From a virus (Duplodnaviria > Caudoviricetes), in the IMG/VR virus record IMGVR_UViG_3300028886_000087, positions 5,559 through 69,558 of that record: a stretch of 64,000 bases of DNA. One strand, 5' to 3'. The position numbers and the translations under genes were made by a program. Below are positions 1 to 10,332 of this stretch, in pieces (the stretch's first letter is position 1; each line of letters begins with the position of its first letter). The notes beneath the pieces are model-generated. The model was not told the DNA's origin and ran no database searches. It saw only the letters and a list, made by a program, of their open reading frames with translations.

Positions 1-760
1 CATCCACGACATCGCGCGTTTCACCATCATAGAACCGATTCACAAAGCCGCGCTTCTCCAGCCATCTACACAGTTCACCCATTGATTCAAAGTCGCTTGC
101 ATTCTTTACGTTCTTTGGAGTAAACTCACCAGTTTTAACTAGCTTATCATATGAAGCAAGCAACTTATCAAAATCTGCACCCTCTCTAATTCTACAATCT
201 ATCTCATAGGAAATTTTACAGATTTTTAGAGCCTGGTCGCCTTGTAGTGCGCCATTGATATTTTGAGTAAGCAATAAACCATCATAGAGATTTTCTAAGT
301 AGTGTAATGCTTCCTCATCATAGTTGTAGCCCCATTTCTCTTGTAGCTTCCTACGTTTTTCATCTGTGAGTCCAGGGACGACCTCGTCGAGTGCGCCGGC
401 CGCATTGAGTTCGCGATAAGCCTCCTGGTAGGAAGACCAATCCAACTCATCATATTCATCAGAGAAATAAATCAAGTTATAGGCTTTCAATAGGTCGGCC
501 GCAGAGTGCGTTTGACGTAGCTCTTCAAACTTGTCCAATTCAAAAGGAATGTCCAGATATTGACAAATCTTATCCATCACATTCCAATCAAAATCCGATT
601 TCTCCAATCTATCCCCTAGACAGTCAATACATACATCCACATATCCAGTCGGATACATGAACGACTTGGTTCTCAAATAAGAAAAAGAATCCTTCATCTG
701 GCCGCAACACACGCATTTCTTTGAGCTAAAATCTATATCAAAATGCGGATTTAAAGCCAT
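1..760 (-). CDS. Partial ORF (runs off left edge), N-terminal CxxC...CxxC protein; possibly packaging-associated (terminase small subunit-like position)
   Basis: Hand translation from ATG at 760: MALNPHFDIDFSSKKCVCCGQMK...VCIDCL...KWGYNYDEEALHYLENLY..., open to position 1; function is a weak family recollection. Confidence 0.45.
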   Translation of the reverse strand, partial: MALNPHFDIDFSSKKCVCCGQMKDSFSYLRTKSFMYPTGYVDVCIDCLGDRLEKSDFDWNVMDKICQYLDIPFELDKFEELRQTHSAADLLKAYNLIYFSDEYDELDWSSYQEAYRELNAAGALDEVVPGLTDEKRRKLQEKWGYNYDEEALHYLENLYDGLLLTQNINGALQGDQALKICKISYEIDCRIREGADFDKLLASYDKLVKTGEFTPKNVKNASDFESMGELCRWLEKRGFVNRFYDGETRDVVD

Positions 761-762
761 AT

Positions 763-1038
763 CTATTTCTCCTTTTCCTTTTTAGTAGCAGCGTATATAA
801 GGCGTCCTAAGTTGCGTCTTCTGACTCGGTTCATTGATTCAATCGTATCACATAAATCTGACCAGATGTCCGTAAACTCGCGCGGCTGCGATGTCGCGTT
901 CGCATCGTCATTCACTTGGCCGCACTCTACGTCTTCGTATACATCCACACCACAAATTTTACAAATTCCTAAAAACTCAATTGGGTCTAACTCTAGAACC
1001 TTCATAATTAAGTTCTCCGGACTATTCTTACTTTTCAC
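763..1038 (-). CDS. Hypothetical protein
   Basis: 91 aa ORF coupled to neighbours. Confidence 0.7.
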   Translation of the reverse strand: MKSKNSPENLIMKVLELDPIEFLGICKICGVDVYEDVECGQVNDDANATSQPREFTDIWSDLCDTIESMNRVRRRNLGRLIYAATKKEKEK

Positions 1039-2356
1039 TTCTAGATGTCCCCCTTTTCTTCTTTCTTATTTCGCGTTCACATCTTTTACATTTGTTCTGG
1101 AAGCCATCTTTACTTCTAGTTTTCTTAACCCAGTTTCTTCCATCGAGAAGTAAAATTCTACCACAATCAATACATCGTTTAAAGTTCTCTGGAAAGAAAC
1201 AATTTTCAATTGTGTCTTGATGGAGTTTCACCGCTTCATTTATCTTAACAATAATTTTTTGTTTGAATATAGTACTTATATAATTAGCGGTATAGCTTTT
1301 TCCATATTTCTTATTAATATACCCCGCTATATCTGCGTTTTTCTCTTTCTTTTCCTTCAGCCGCAGTATCTCACGCTGTACATCGGTCAGGTCGGCAATT
1401 TCTTCGTAGAACTTTAAAGTATCAAGTAACTTTTCCAAGTTGTTCTCTACCACATGATCATACTTAACCTGTTCTAGTCTGTCGTCAAATTCTTCCCTAA
1501 ATAAGTAAAGCTGATAAACCGCATCTAAATCTCTAAAATCAAATACGTTGTCTCCCAAATAACTTTTCTTTCTCCAAACCAATCCACTAATTAAACGTAG
1601 TTGTTCTTCGTCGAGTGCGGCGGGGTCAAAGTTTGGGTCAAAAACAATGTCCCCAATCTTTCCTTCCTTCAAGCCCAGCGGCAGCACCTCAACGTCGCAA
1701 TCGAAAACAAAACTTCTATCTTTCGGACTATATACAGACTGGGTTATATTGAAAGTCGACCTATAAGAATCTCGAATGGTAAATTGTTCCGTTCTCAACT
1801 CTCTTATGCGGCCACGCAACTTCAAATACCCATATGGATTCAATTTTTGGCTTCGCGCGCGTATACGTTCAATCTCTTCATCGTTAAATCGTTTAATTAG
1901 TTCATCTCTTGGTGGTTTATCTCTTTTTCCTGTAGCTTCCTCGTAGAAGTTAATTTCCAATTCAATCTCATCAATCGTCTTCCATAAATCTTCGAAGGTT
2001 TGGCGCAGAAACTCTGGTGCTTCTTTGCGCGCCTCGTCTCTGTTAAAAACGTCGCGGCCTTTCTTTAGAACAACCGCATCGTTTAGCGTATACAATTGCG
2101 CATTGGATAGGGCAGGATTTTCCAGGACCGCATCTAACGATTCTGCTTCGTTCGGCTTCGTCCATTTCGTTTCCAAACCCGTTCCTTTTCCAATCGGAAC
2201 TCCCTGCTCATCCTTACCCCATAACAAATAGTCCGCAATAGTGGAGGCTTCGGCACTAGTCAAATCGGGAAACTGTACTATATAAGTCTCAATGAACTGG
2301 GCGCGCTCGTATGCAGTTTCCAGTTCAAAGTTCAGTTTAAGTCTTTGTTTTGCCAT
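1028..2356 (-). CDS. Putative transcription factor: C-terminal sigma-region-4/LuxR-like HTH plus zinc finger
   Basis: LTDVQREILRLK...NADIAGYINKKYGKSY...ISTIF followed by CIDC...CKRC; RBS GTAGGAGG upstream. Confidence 0.55.
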   Translation of the reverse strand: MAKQRLKLNFELETAYERAQFIETYIVQFPDLTSAEASTIADYLLWGKDEQGVPIGKGTGLETKWTKPNEAESLDAVLENPALSNAQLYTLNDAVVLKKGRDVFNRDEARKEAPEFLRQTFEDLWKTIDEIELEINFYEEATGKRDKPPRDELIKRFNDEEIERIRARSQKLNPYGYLKLRGRIRELRTEQFTIRDSYRSTFNITQSVYSPKDRSFVFDCDVEVLPLGLKEGKIGDIVFDPNFDPAALDEEQLRLISGLVWRKKSYLGDNVFDFRDLDAVYQLYLFREEFDDRLEQVKYDHVVENNLEKLLDTLKFYEEIADLTDVQREILRLKEKKEKNADIAGYINKKYGKSYTANYISTIFKQKIIVKINEAVKLHQDTIENCFFPENFKRCIDCGRILLLDGRNWVKKTRSKDGFQNKCKRCEREIRKKKRGTSRSEK

Positions 2357-2500
2357 TTACGTTTCCTCCTACATTTCAAGTATATCACAGGTTCGTGCAG
2401 AAGTCAAATTTCGTGAGCATGAGGGGTGAAATTTGAAATTTTTGCGTAAATCGGTTATAATTAAAATATAAAAAGGTTAAACTTAAATGGAGGAAGTTAA

Positions 2501-2713
2501 ATGGAAATAGTACAATGGATATTAACCCATGGAAGTGAAGTTGAATTAACTATTTCATGGTATGACATGAATATCGAATTTACAATGTATACTAGTTCAA
2601 ATAAACGCGTTTGTCGTAAAACCATTGACTACCATGAAATTGAAAATTATACCAATGAAATCATAACATTAATATTAGATTTAATGTATGATGAATTATT
2701 AAAGGAGAATTAA
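2501..2713 (+). CDS. Hypothetical protein
   Basis: GGAGG RBS; promoter TTGAAA-N17-TATAAT upstream. Confidence 0.75.
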   Translation: MEIVQWILTHGSEVELTISWYDMNIEFTMYTSSNKRVCRKTIDYHEIENYTNEIITLILDLMYDELLKEN

Positions 2714-2883
2714 TGGATAATTTAGATATAATAGGTATAATATTATTGTTAGTTGGATTAATAAGTTTAAGTGTTGGTGCAGCACTAACCTTTTTAAACC
2801 CTCTATTCTTCTATGTAGTGGTTTTTGGTTATGTTCTATGTATAATCGCGCCGGTGCTTATACTTTTTGATTTACTTAGATAG
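2713..2883 (+). CDS. Small membrane protein (56 aa)
   Basis: Hand translation MDNLDIIGIILLLVGLISLSVGAAL..., AAGGAG RBS. Confidence 0.65.
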   Translation: MDNLDIIGIILLLVGLISLSVGAALTFLNPLFFYVVVFGYVLCIIAPVLILFDLLR

Positions 2884-2889
2884 GAGGAT

Positions 2890-3126
2890 ATGGTAATGGA
2901 ATATGATAATGTAAACCACCCGGCGCACTATAACACAGGAAAGTATGAGTCAATCGACGTCATGGTTGAAACACAGGGTGCCGATGCAGTTAAAAACTTT
3001 TGCATCTGTAATGCATTTAAATACCTATACCGCCATCGTTTTAAAAATGGAATCGAAGATATAAAGAAAGCCATATGGTACTTAAACAAATATGTGGAAT
3101 TGGAGGAATCTACTAATGGCAAGTAA
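2890..3126 (+). CDS. DUF3310-like (SaV-like) phage protein
   Basis: DNVNHPAHY...FCICNAFKYLYR...KNGIEDIKKAIWYL signature. Confidence 0.85.
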   Translation: MVMEYDNVNHPAHYNTGKYESIDVMVETQGADAVKNFCICNAFKYLYRHRFKNGIEDIKKAIWYLNKYVELEESTNGK

Positions 3127-3283
3127 AGCAAAGTGGAAAAAGGGTATCAATTCATATCTCTGGCATTTTGGACTTAAATCAAAAGGCAGAGGTACTAAAC
3201 GAGTTGATTTCTATACATCTAGTGATAGACAAAAAATAAAACAACAAACGAAAAATCAACTTATGGAGGAAAATAATGACTAA
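3116..3283 (+). CDS. Small basic hypothetical protein
   Basis: MASKAKWKKG start with GGAGG RBS, overlapping previous stop. Confidence 0.65.
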   Translation: MASKAKWKKGINSYLWHFGLKSKGRGTKRVDFYTSSDRQKIKQQTKNQLMEENND

Positions 3284-3620
3284 ACGAGAAAGATTAGAAA
3301 TGGTTATTCGAGGGGAAATTAATGAAGAATTAATTGCCGATTGTAAAAGGGAGTTGGAAAAGTTAGACGTCCACCGCACCCATGCACGGGAGAACGCGAA
3401 TGGACAGGAAAACCGTGAAATGGAAGAGAAAATTATTGATGTTCTCTCGCGGGTTGAGGGACCGGTTCAAATTGATGAGTTGGGAGAGTTGATTGGCTGT
3501 ACGTTTGCGCGGCAGCGTCTGACGGCGATTTGTACGAACCTCATACGAGAGGGGCGTATATATAGCTGTGATGTGAAGACGAAGAAAGGGAAAAGGAAAG
3601 CATACTATATAGAGGGTTGA
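3276..3620 (+). CDS. Winged-helix DNA-binding protein, paralog 1 of 4
   Basis: MTKRE...ELEKLD...C-terminal KTKKGKRKAYYI wing; similar to 8770, 10761, 15793. Confidence 0.6.
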   Translation: MTKRERLEMVIRGEINEELIADCKRELEKLDVHRTHARENANGQENREMEEKIIDVLSRVEGPVQIDELGELIGCTFARQRLTAICTNLIREGRIYSCDVKTKKGKRKAYYIEG

Positions 3621-3965
3621 CGCCCTCTTTTTTTGATTTTTTATTTCATGGAGATTTTTTACTAGGCACCGGGCGCTTTAGCGCGCTAAAGTGCTAAAGT
3701 CCCAAATTCCTACCCCGCCAGTAGGAGTTAGAGAGGTCTAACTTTTTGCATTTAGTTTGGCTTAACTTTTTGGAACCTTCTTTTAGAAAAACTTAATTAC
3801 CTATTAAGGTGGTAGGTTTTAAAAGGTGGGGTACATTTTCCTAAAAATGATGTATAAATATACATTACTATGAATAAAAAATTTTTTATCTTTTTTAAAA
3901 AAAGGTATTGACTTCCGGTTTTATATGAGTATAATGGTATTAGATAAAGACAGGAGGTTAAGACA

Positions 3966-4430
3966 ATGAAAAACAATGAGATTAAAAGAACACTAATTCA
4001 GTTCTACAACAAACACGCTTTTACTCACAACTACATTCTGGGTTTCAGAATGAATGGCAACATCTACTATGTAATCGTTGACGCTAAGGAACTCGACTTC
4101 GTAACAAAGCTCGATAAGGCAAGTCGCGGGGCGGGCTACAGCCTTAGATTTAAGCCAAACAAGGCTCAGAAGAACTACCTTATGAGCCTCGGCGCTGAAG
4201 TGCTCTGCTCTGAAGAGTTCTTCGATGAACTCAAGACAATGAGCAAATACAACTTCGGTGAGCTGTTCGAGAAGCTCGTAACCGAGATGAATGGACAGAC
4301 CTGGGTTAAGGACAACGTACCATTCACAGAGGACGGAGACCTCACAGTTGACGGAGTTGCTTATCAGCTCAAGTTTGAAAAGGCAACATTCATCACTGAA
4401 GCACAGATGATGAGAATGGAGAGGGCTTAA
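3966..4430 (+). CDS. Hypothetical early protein
   Basis: Own promoter, GGAGG RBS, terminator hairpin AGAGGGC-TTAA-GCCCTCT. Confidence 0.85.
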   Translation: MKNNEIKRTLIQFYNKHAFTHNYILGFRMNGNIYYVIVDAKELDFVTKLDKASRGAGYSLRFKPNKAQKNYLMSLGAEVLCSEEFFDELKTMSKYNFGELFEKLVTEMNGQTWVKDNVPFTEDGDLTVDGVAYQLKFEKATFITEAQMMRMERA

Positions 4431-4543
4431 GCCCTCTCCGACTGGAGATAAAGAAGAACAAAGAAGTACAAGATAGGTATTGATAAGCTAAGCTGAAGAG
4501 AGTATAATATAGACAAGCTAAGAGATTGAAAGGAGATAGAACA

Positions 4544-4714
4544 ATGACAGTTAAGGAATTAATCGCAGAACTCGAAAAAATCGAAAATAAAAATATCGAA
4601 ATAACGATGTTAGCCGATGGCGGAGCCTATGATATTGAATCAATAAGTGTAAAAGAGTGGACTAACTCTCACAGTGAAAAAATATTGATATGTGAATTAA
4701 ATGGAGAGGAATAA
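4544..4714 (+). CDS. Small protein, MT(V/I)KELI family
   Basis: MTVKELIAELEKIENK; similar to 5198 and 14298. Confidence 0.75.
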   Translation: MTVKELIAELEKIENKNIEITMLADGGAYDIESISVKEWTNSHSEKILICELNGEE

Positions 4715-4839
4715 GCCAAAAGGCTTATTTTTTTTGACCGGGCCGCCGACAAAAAAACAAAGAAAAACAAAATAAATACTTGACTTTTAATTGTAAAACC
4801 TTTATACTATAGGTAGATAAAGAAAGGGAGGAAAGAAAA

Positions 4840-4992
4840 ATGACAAAGATGGAAATGGTAAACAGAATGATAATTCTCGGATGTATCAAAGAAGTAGACC
4901 GCAACAGATGGATGCACAAGACAAAAGCCGATGTGATGAGATGGTACATTGTAGCAGTGCCACGCAGACTCGAACATCTTGGGAGGGCATAG
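4840..4992 (+). CDS. Hypothetical protein (50 aa)
   Basis: Hand translation MTKMEMVNRMIILGCIKE..., promoter and GGGAGG RBS. Confidence 0.65.
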   Translation: MTKMEMVNRMIILGCIKEVDRNRWMHKTKADVMRWYIVAVPRRLEHLGRA

Positions 4993-4994
4993 AG

Positions 4995-5156
4995 ATGGCA
5001 AAGAAGAAGAACATATCAGTAGGAACAATAAAGGGGATTGATATAGTAAGACAGACTAAACCAATGCAGGATATACCTTTTAGAACAGGCGTTTATACAG
5101 ATAAAAGAAAGAAAAGAGAAAAAATTAATAAAAATAGACTTGACAAATGGTTGTAG
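4995..5156 (+). CDS. Small basic hypothetical protein
   Basis: MAKKKNISVGTIKG; GGAGG RBS. Confidence 0.65.
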   Translation: MAKKKNISVGTIKGIDIVRQTKPMQDIPFRTGVYTDKRKKREKINKNRLDKWL

Positions 5157-5197
5157 ATAGTCTATAATATAGATAGATAAAGGAAAGGAGAAAGAAA

Positions 5198-5383
5198 ATG
5201 AAAATTAAAGAACTTATTGCGGAACTTGAGCGAATAGAAAATAAAGAACTTGATGTAGTGGTGTTTAGTGAGGATTATGGTTATATAACAGATATAGATA
5301 TAGTGGAAACAAATAAGTATTATGGTAAGTCTGAATCATATGGTTGGGAAGCCAAAATAAGAGATTGCGTTGCACTCGTATAG
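5198..5383 (+). CDS. Small protein, MT(V/I)KELI family
   Basis: MKIKELIAELERIENK, near-identical N-terminus to 4544. Confidence 0.75.
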   Translation: MKIKELIAELERIENKELDVVVFSEDYGYITDIDIVETNKYYGKSESYGWEAKIRDCVALV

Positions 5384-5548
5384 TGCAACGTTTTTATTTA
5401 CTTATAAGTCGAACGTATGTTCGCGCCGAGTCGACCGGGCGCAACGACGAACATATGTTCTGTTTTATTAATAAATGTTAAGATAGTTGCATTTCCTCTT
5501 CATTTCTGTTATAATGTAATTACAAAAGATAAGAAAGGAGAAAATGAA

Positions 5549-5698
5549 ATGTTAATGATTATATTTGTGCTTTGGGCTATATTCGCTTTGGTTTGTGCCA
5601 TTCTTATTGAGGTTTACGAACATGAGTTCTTTGGTTTTTTGTTCTTGCTGTCACTTCCTCTTATGTTCTATGTGCCGTTTATAGTTGGATTGTTTTAA
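5549..5698 (+). CDS. Small two-helix membrane protein
   Basis: MLMIIFVLWAIFALV...; AAGGAG RBS. Confidence 0.65.
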   Translation: MLMIIFVLWAIFALVCAILIEVYEHEFFGFLFLLSLPLMFYVPFIVGLF

Positions 5699-5767
5699 AA
5701 TAAAAACTTGACTTTTTTATTAAAATATGATATAATAATTATAGAAAATAAGAAAGGAGAAAAAATT

Positions 5768-6127
5768 ATGGCAGTTTCTAGAAAAGTAGAAAGAGAAATA
5801 TTACGCAACGAATATCTTGAGGCAATTATCCTAAATTTCTTGGAAAAAGATGAACAAGTTTTACGAGTAAAATCTAATGAGATAGCAATTCCCGTTGTGG
5901 GGTGCGAGGGTAATGAAGATTTTATCGTCGTAACCGTAAAAGTTCCAACGGGAGCAAACAAAGGTACTGAACCATACGACGGTTACGAACTTGCGGAAGA
6001 TTATGAGATGAAAATCGCAGAAAAAGAACGCAAGAAAATCGAAACCGAAAAAAAGAAAGCGGAAAAAATCCGCAAAGATAAAGAGATTAGAGAAAAAAAG
6101 AAAGCAATTTCCGAAAAGGGTGAGTAA
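5768..6127 (+). CDS. Hypothetical protein with charged coiled-coil tail, paralog of 14674
   Basis: MAVSRK...VLRVKSNEIAIP...GCEGNEDFIV...KVPTGANKGTEPYDGY shared. Confidence 0.85.
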   Translation: MAVSRKVEREILRNEYLEAIILNFLEKDEQVLRVKSNEIAIPVVGCEGNEDFIVVTVKVPTGANKGTEPYDGYELAEDYEMKIAEKERKKIETEKKKAEKIRKDKEIREKKKAISEKGE

Positions 6128-6304
6128 TCACCCTTTATTTTTTTTGGAATTAAAACGAACATATGTTCATAGAATCGCGCCGGTCCGAAAATTCTCCGAA
6201 AAAGATTGTTAAAAAAATATTTATTTAAAAATTTTCCTAAAACTATTGACATATTCTTTCCTAATATTTATAATATAGATAGAAAAGGAAAGGAGATCGA
6301 AACA

Positions 6305-6595
6305 ATGACAAGCAGACATTACAACAGAGACCGCATCATCAGAGAAAAACTCATCAGAGAAATCGGTGTAGGCAAAGAAATCAAAACAGTAAGGGTTGAC
6401 AAAGGACACCCAAATGGTGCAGAACTCCACACAATCACAACAAACGGAATTATCATTATAAGAAACGAAAGAACAAACAAAATGATAACGAAGTTAATCG
6501 CAAGACCAAATCAGATTAAAAGATATGGCATTGAAGATAAGAAAGTTATCGAGATAGCAAGAAAACATCAGTCTCTCGGATACAATATGATTTAA
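6305..6595 (+). CDS. Hypothetical early protein
   Basis: MTSRHY...VDKGHPNGAELHTITTNG; promoter, RBS, terminator. Confidence 0.8.
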   Translation: MTSRHYNRDRIIREKLIREIGVGKEIKTVRVDKGHPNGAELHTITTNGIIIIRNERTNKMITKLIARPNQIKRYGIEDKKVIEIARKHQSLGYNMI

Positions 6596-6904
6596 ACGGA
6601 CGCAAGTCCGTTTTTTTATTGCCCATAGCGAAAACGATTTCGCTCGCGGCCGGTCCAACTATTCCGAAAATTAGTTTTTAGGGAATAGTTGGCGATTTTG
6701 AGCCTTTAAACCGTTGAAATTTCGTTACTTCAACTATTCCGAAAATTAGTTATATCGGAATAGTTGAAAAGTTGCGAAATCGTTTTCGCAACCGCGCCCG
6801 CGCGAAAAAAATTTAAAAAAGTTTAAAAAAGGTATTGACAGGGCAGTCGCAAAGTGGTATCATATAATTGTCAAAGGAAAGAGATAAAGAAAGGAAACAG
6901 AACA

Positions 6905-7378
6905 ATGACAAAGACAATCGCAACAATGCCAATTAACTACACATACAACGCAGAGAGAAAAGGTGCGCACTACCTCGTAGACGGTCGCACAAACTATGTA
7001 AACGGTGGCGAGTTCGCAGAAATCGTTTGCAAGGCAATCAGAGGTTTTGAAGCCATTAAAGACGCAAACACAAAATTTGATAAGGGTTCAGACATTGAGG
7101 AAACCAAAACATCAATTAAGTCGCACGGTTGCGGACTTACAGACGAGAAACTCGCAGACAACAGAGAGGACTTTCTCGCAGAATACTTCCGCAGAACTCA
7201 CTCAACAAATGTTGATTATGTAGACATTCAGAACGATGAAGTTATAATCTACAATATGGATATGAACGAGTTTAAAGAGTTTACAAACGAGTTCGCAAAG
7301 TGGGATAAACACTGCGCAAAGGTCAGAATTAAGACCACAAACAAAATGAGAGTATGGCTCGATGAAAGGGTCGCCTAA
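6905..7378 (+). CDS. Hypothetical early protein
   Basis: Promoter, RBS, terminator; GGEFAE...DI..TKTSIKS weakly nuclease-fold-like. Confidence 0.8.
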   Translation: MTKTIATMPINYTYNAERKGAHYLVDGRTNYVNGGEFAEIVCKAIRGFEAIKDANTKFDKGSDIEETKTSIKSHGCGLTDEKLADNREDFLAEYFRRTHSTNVDYVDIQNDEVIIYNMDMNEFKEFTNEFAKWDKHCAKVRIKTTNKMRVWLDERVA

Positions 7379-7579
7379 GGGCGATTTCTTTCGTTATAGG
7401 GCAAAATACGGCCTTCTAGACGTATACTCGCGCGCCGGTATGACCGGACCGGTCCGGCGCAGGAAACGCACGGGCGCGTGTATGGTGCGAAAAAATAAAA
7501 AAATTTTTTTAAAAAGGTATTGACAAAACACCGAAACCGTGTTATAATATAGATACAGTAAAGGAAAGGAGACAATTAA

Positions 7580-7798
7580 ATGCTTCGAGAATACACCATT
7601 CGCGGGTGTGTATGCTACCTCTCCGAAGAAACCATTCAGGCTTTCGAAGAGGAACAGAGAGCAATCGAAGACGAGCGCAGAGCGTGGGAAGATATGCATA
7701 GAATGTATCTTATCGCTTGCGAGAGTAATGACCCAATGGATTGGTCAATCTACTCTGACCTCTACAAGGATTGCTACGGATGCAGACCTCGCCACTGA
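7580..7798 (+). CDS. Hypothetical early protein
   Basis: Promoter and AAGGAG RBS; ends YSDLYKDCYGCRP. Confidence 0.75.
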   Translation: MLREYTIRGCVCYLSEETIQAFEEEQRAIEDERRAWEDMHRMYLIACESNDPMDWSIYSDLYKDCYGCRPRH

Positions 7799-8010
7799 AT
7801 AAGTTCGGAGTTCCTCGGTACTTGGCAACAGAAACCGATTTTTTTATTCCCTCTTCATCAAACATATGTTCGGTCGCGCCCGGGCCGCGATCCGGGTGTC
7901 GTTCCGGTCCAGGTTGACCCGGGCGCGACTTTGTGAAAAAATTAACACGATTGTATGTCAACAAATACAAAAAAGATGTTGACTTTCCTATATAGATTTG
8001 CTATACTTAT

Positions 8011-8345
8011 ATTGTCAAGAGGGAAATCGAGGTAGGAGGTTGGTTCTCAAAAAGATTTTGAGAAAAGTAGAAATTACCTCTTGACAATATCACAGAAATG
8101 TGATACAATATAATTGTCAAGGGGAGATGACGACCATCAAGAGAAATCTCTTCGGAGTGGAAATCCACACGCGTATGATGAGCCTAGAGGAATTTCATAC
8201 GGAGAGGACATCGAAAAAAAATGAAAAACTTTTCAAAACCCCTTGACACTATCACAGAAATGTGATACAATATAATTGTCAAGGGGATAAGGTAGAAACT
8301 TCAACGCGCGCGGAAGGTAATTCGATTGACAAGTTCCCCTTGACA
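8011..8345 (+). ncRNA. Three tandem promoter-driven small hairpin RNA candidates
   Basis: No ORF; closing stems 8011-8022/8078-8089, 8115-8124/8239-8248, 8277-8287/8335-8345. Confidence 0.5.
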
Positions 8346-8432
8346 GAAAAACATAAAAAAACAAAATAAAGTGTTGACAAAATAAAAAATCTATGATATA
8401 ATATAGATACAATAAAGAAAGGAGAAAAGTCA

Positions 8433-8567
8433 ATGAGCATTTACACATTCGCAAATCTCGATACATTCGAACTTTTCACAATCGAAGCGTCAACACTTGA
8501 AGAAGCAAACGAACTCGCTTCAAAGGTATGCGAAAACTTCAAAGTTTTCACAAGAAATTCTAAATAA
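8433..8567 (+). CDS. Hypothetical protein (44 aa)
   Basis: MSIYTFANLDTFELF...; promoter and AAGGAG RBS. Confidence 0.6.
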   Translation: MSIYTFANLDTFELFTIEASTLEEANELASKVCENFKVFTRNSK

Positions 8568-8769
8568 GGTATTGACAGATTGAAAAAAATCTGATACAAT
8601 ATAATCACAACAAAGAGTGCTGACGGTGAGTGAGTAGTCGGCAGTGGAACTTCCTAGGCTCGTCCACTAAAATAAAATTTAAAAAAGGTATTGACAAACA
8701 CTCAAAAGTTTGCTACAATATAATCACAAAGAAAAAACAAAACCCAAGTCAGTAGAAAGGAAAAACACA

Positions 8770-9120
8770 ATGACTAACAGAGAATTTTACACAGCAATCG
8801 TTAATGCTTATGATATTGAGCCAACTGAAACACAGTGGGAAGAACTCAAGGCTTTCGCCACAGACGCAATCGCAAAACTTGATGCACGCAACGCAAAGAG
8901 AGCGTCTACACCTTCCAAGACACAGAAGGAAAACGCACCGCTCATCGAGAAGATTGCTTCGCTTCTCACATCTGAGCCGAAACTCGCAAGCGAACTTGCT
9001 TCGGAAATGGAAATCTCCACACAGAAGGCAAGCGCACTTGTCAAGAAAGTTGAGGGTGTCAGCGTGTGCGATGTCAAGGTAAAGGGCAAAGGCACACAGA
9101 AGGGATACTTCTTCGCATAG
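8770..9120 (+). CDS. Winged-helix DNA-binding protein, paralog 2 of 4
   Basis: MTNREFY...AIAKLDARNAKRA...LASELASEMEISTQKASALVKK...KGKGTQKGYF. Confidence 0.75.
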   Translation: MTNREFYTAIVNAYDIEPTETQWEELKAFATDAIAKLDARNAKRASTPSKTQKENAPLIEKIASLLTSEPKLASELASEMEISTQKASALVKKVEGVSVCDVKVKGKGTQKGYFFA

Positions 9121-9296
9121 CCTAAAGGGGGTTAGCACTCGCTAACCCTTTTTTATTGCGAACATATCGAACATATGTTCGCGCGGGCCGGTCCATTGGT
9201 CCGGTCGATTGTTAAAAAAATAACTTTTAAAAAAGTGTTGACAAATTGAAATAATTTGATTATAATATAAGTGTAATAAGAAAGGAGAATAAAATA

Positions 9297-9479
9297 ATGA
9301 TATATGAGATTAACGTATGTAAAAGAGGTATACAAATTATAGATAAAGAAACATATTATAATATTATAAATAATATAACAAACTATGGAATGATAATTAC
9401 TAATAAAATTGAAACTTCTACAAAATGTCATATTGATATTGAATGGAATCCATATGAAAAATTTTATACTCCACAATAA
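9297..9479 (+). CDS. Hypothetical protein
   Basis: Promoter and AAGGAG RBS. Confidence 0.6.
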   Translation: MIYEINVCKRGIQIIDKETYYNIINNITNYGMIITNKIETSTKCHIDIEWNPYEKFYTPQ

Positions 9480-9692
9480 AATTTTAAAAATTACGTATAC
9501 TCGCGCGATGTCAAGGAAACTTTACATCGCGCGAACTTGTACATAGATTGTTAATAAATTAACAACAAAGTCGACCGGGCGCGATTGTGAATTTTTTCAC
9601 GACGGAAAAAACAAAGAAAAACATAAAAAGGGGTTGACTTCCTTAAACTTATCCTTTATAATAAAGGTACAAAAGGAAAGGAGATTAAGACA

Positions 9693-9830
9693 ATGACATA
9701 CGAAGAAATAATTGATAGACTTGAATTTGCAAAGTTAAGAATTAATAATTGCACTTATTCGCCTGAAACGATTGAAGCAATTGAAATAGCAATTTCTATC
9801 GTCAAAGAAAAACAAGAAAATACAAAATAA
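9693..9830 (+). CDS. Hypothetical protein (45 aa)
   Basis: MTYEEIIDRLEFAK...; promoter and RBS. Confidence 0.6.
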   Translation: MTYEEIIDRLEFAKLRINNCTYSPETIEAIEIAISIVKEKQENTK

Positions 9831-9897
9831 ACTATTGACAAACTCTCATAAATAGTCTATAATATAGATACAAAGAAAGAAAGAGAGGAAAACAGAA

Positions 9898-10332
9898 ATG
9901 ATAAAAATTATCAATCTCGATTGCGACGGAACATTCATCAATCTCTATGGCGTGAATGGTTGGCTCGATGACCTTATCAATGAAGATGTTAGACCATACA
10001 GAGAAGCAAAACCACTTGTAAATCTCGTATGGTTCGCAAGAACAATCCACGAATTGCAGAATAAAGGTTGGAAAGTAAATATCATTTCGTGGACTTCAAA
10101 AAATGGCACAAAAGAATACAATGCAAGAGTTAAACAGACTAAACTTGAATGGTTTGAAACTCATATCCCAAGCGTAAAGTTCGATAATGTTTATATCGTA
10201 GACTACGGAACACCAAAAACATCACTTGCAAAAGGTATTCTGTTTGATGATGAAGAACACAACAGAAACGAATGGAATGGAATAGCATTTGATGAAAAAG
10301 ATTTGATAAAGAAAATGAGAGCCTTTCTGTAA
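9898..10332 (+). CDS. HAD-superfamily phosphatase (5'-nucleotidase-like)
   Basis: Motif I LDCDGT, SWT, K..K, LFDD...N..W. Confidence 0.75.
   Translation: MIKIINLDCDGTFINLYGVNGWLDDLINEDVRPYREAKPLVNLVWFARTIHELQNKGWKVNIISWTSKNGTKEYNARVKQTKLEWFETHIPSVKFDNVYIVDYGTPKTSLAKGILFDDEEHNRNEWNGIAFDEKDLIKKMRAFL

Noticed and set aside
3675-3700. HrcA CIRCE element
   Set aside because: Half-site-like TTAGC and GTGCTAA are present but spacing is 20 nt rather than 27; better explained as a short hairpin.
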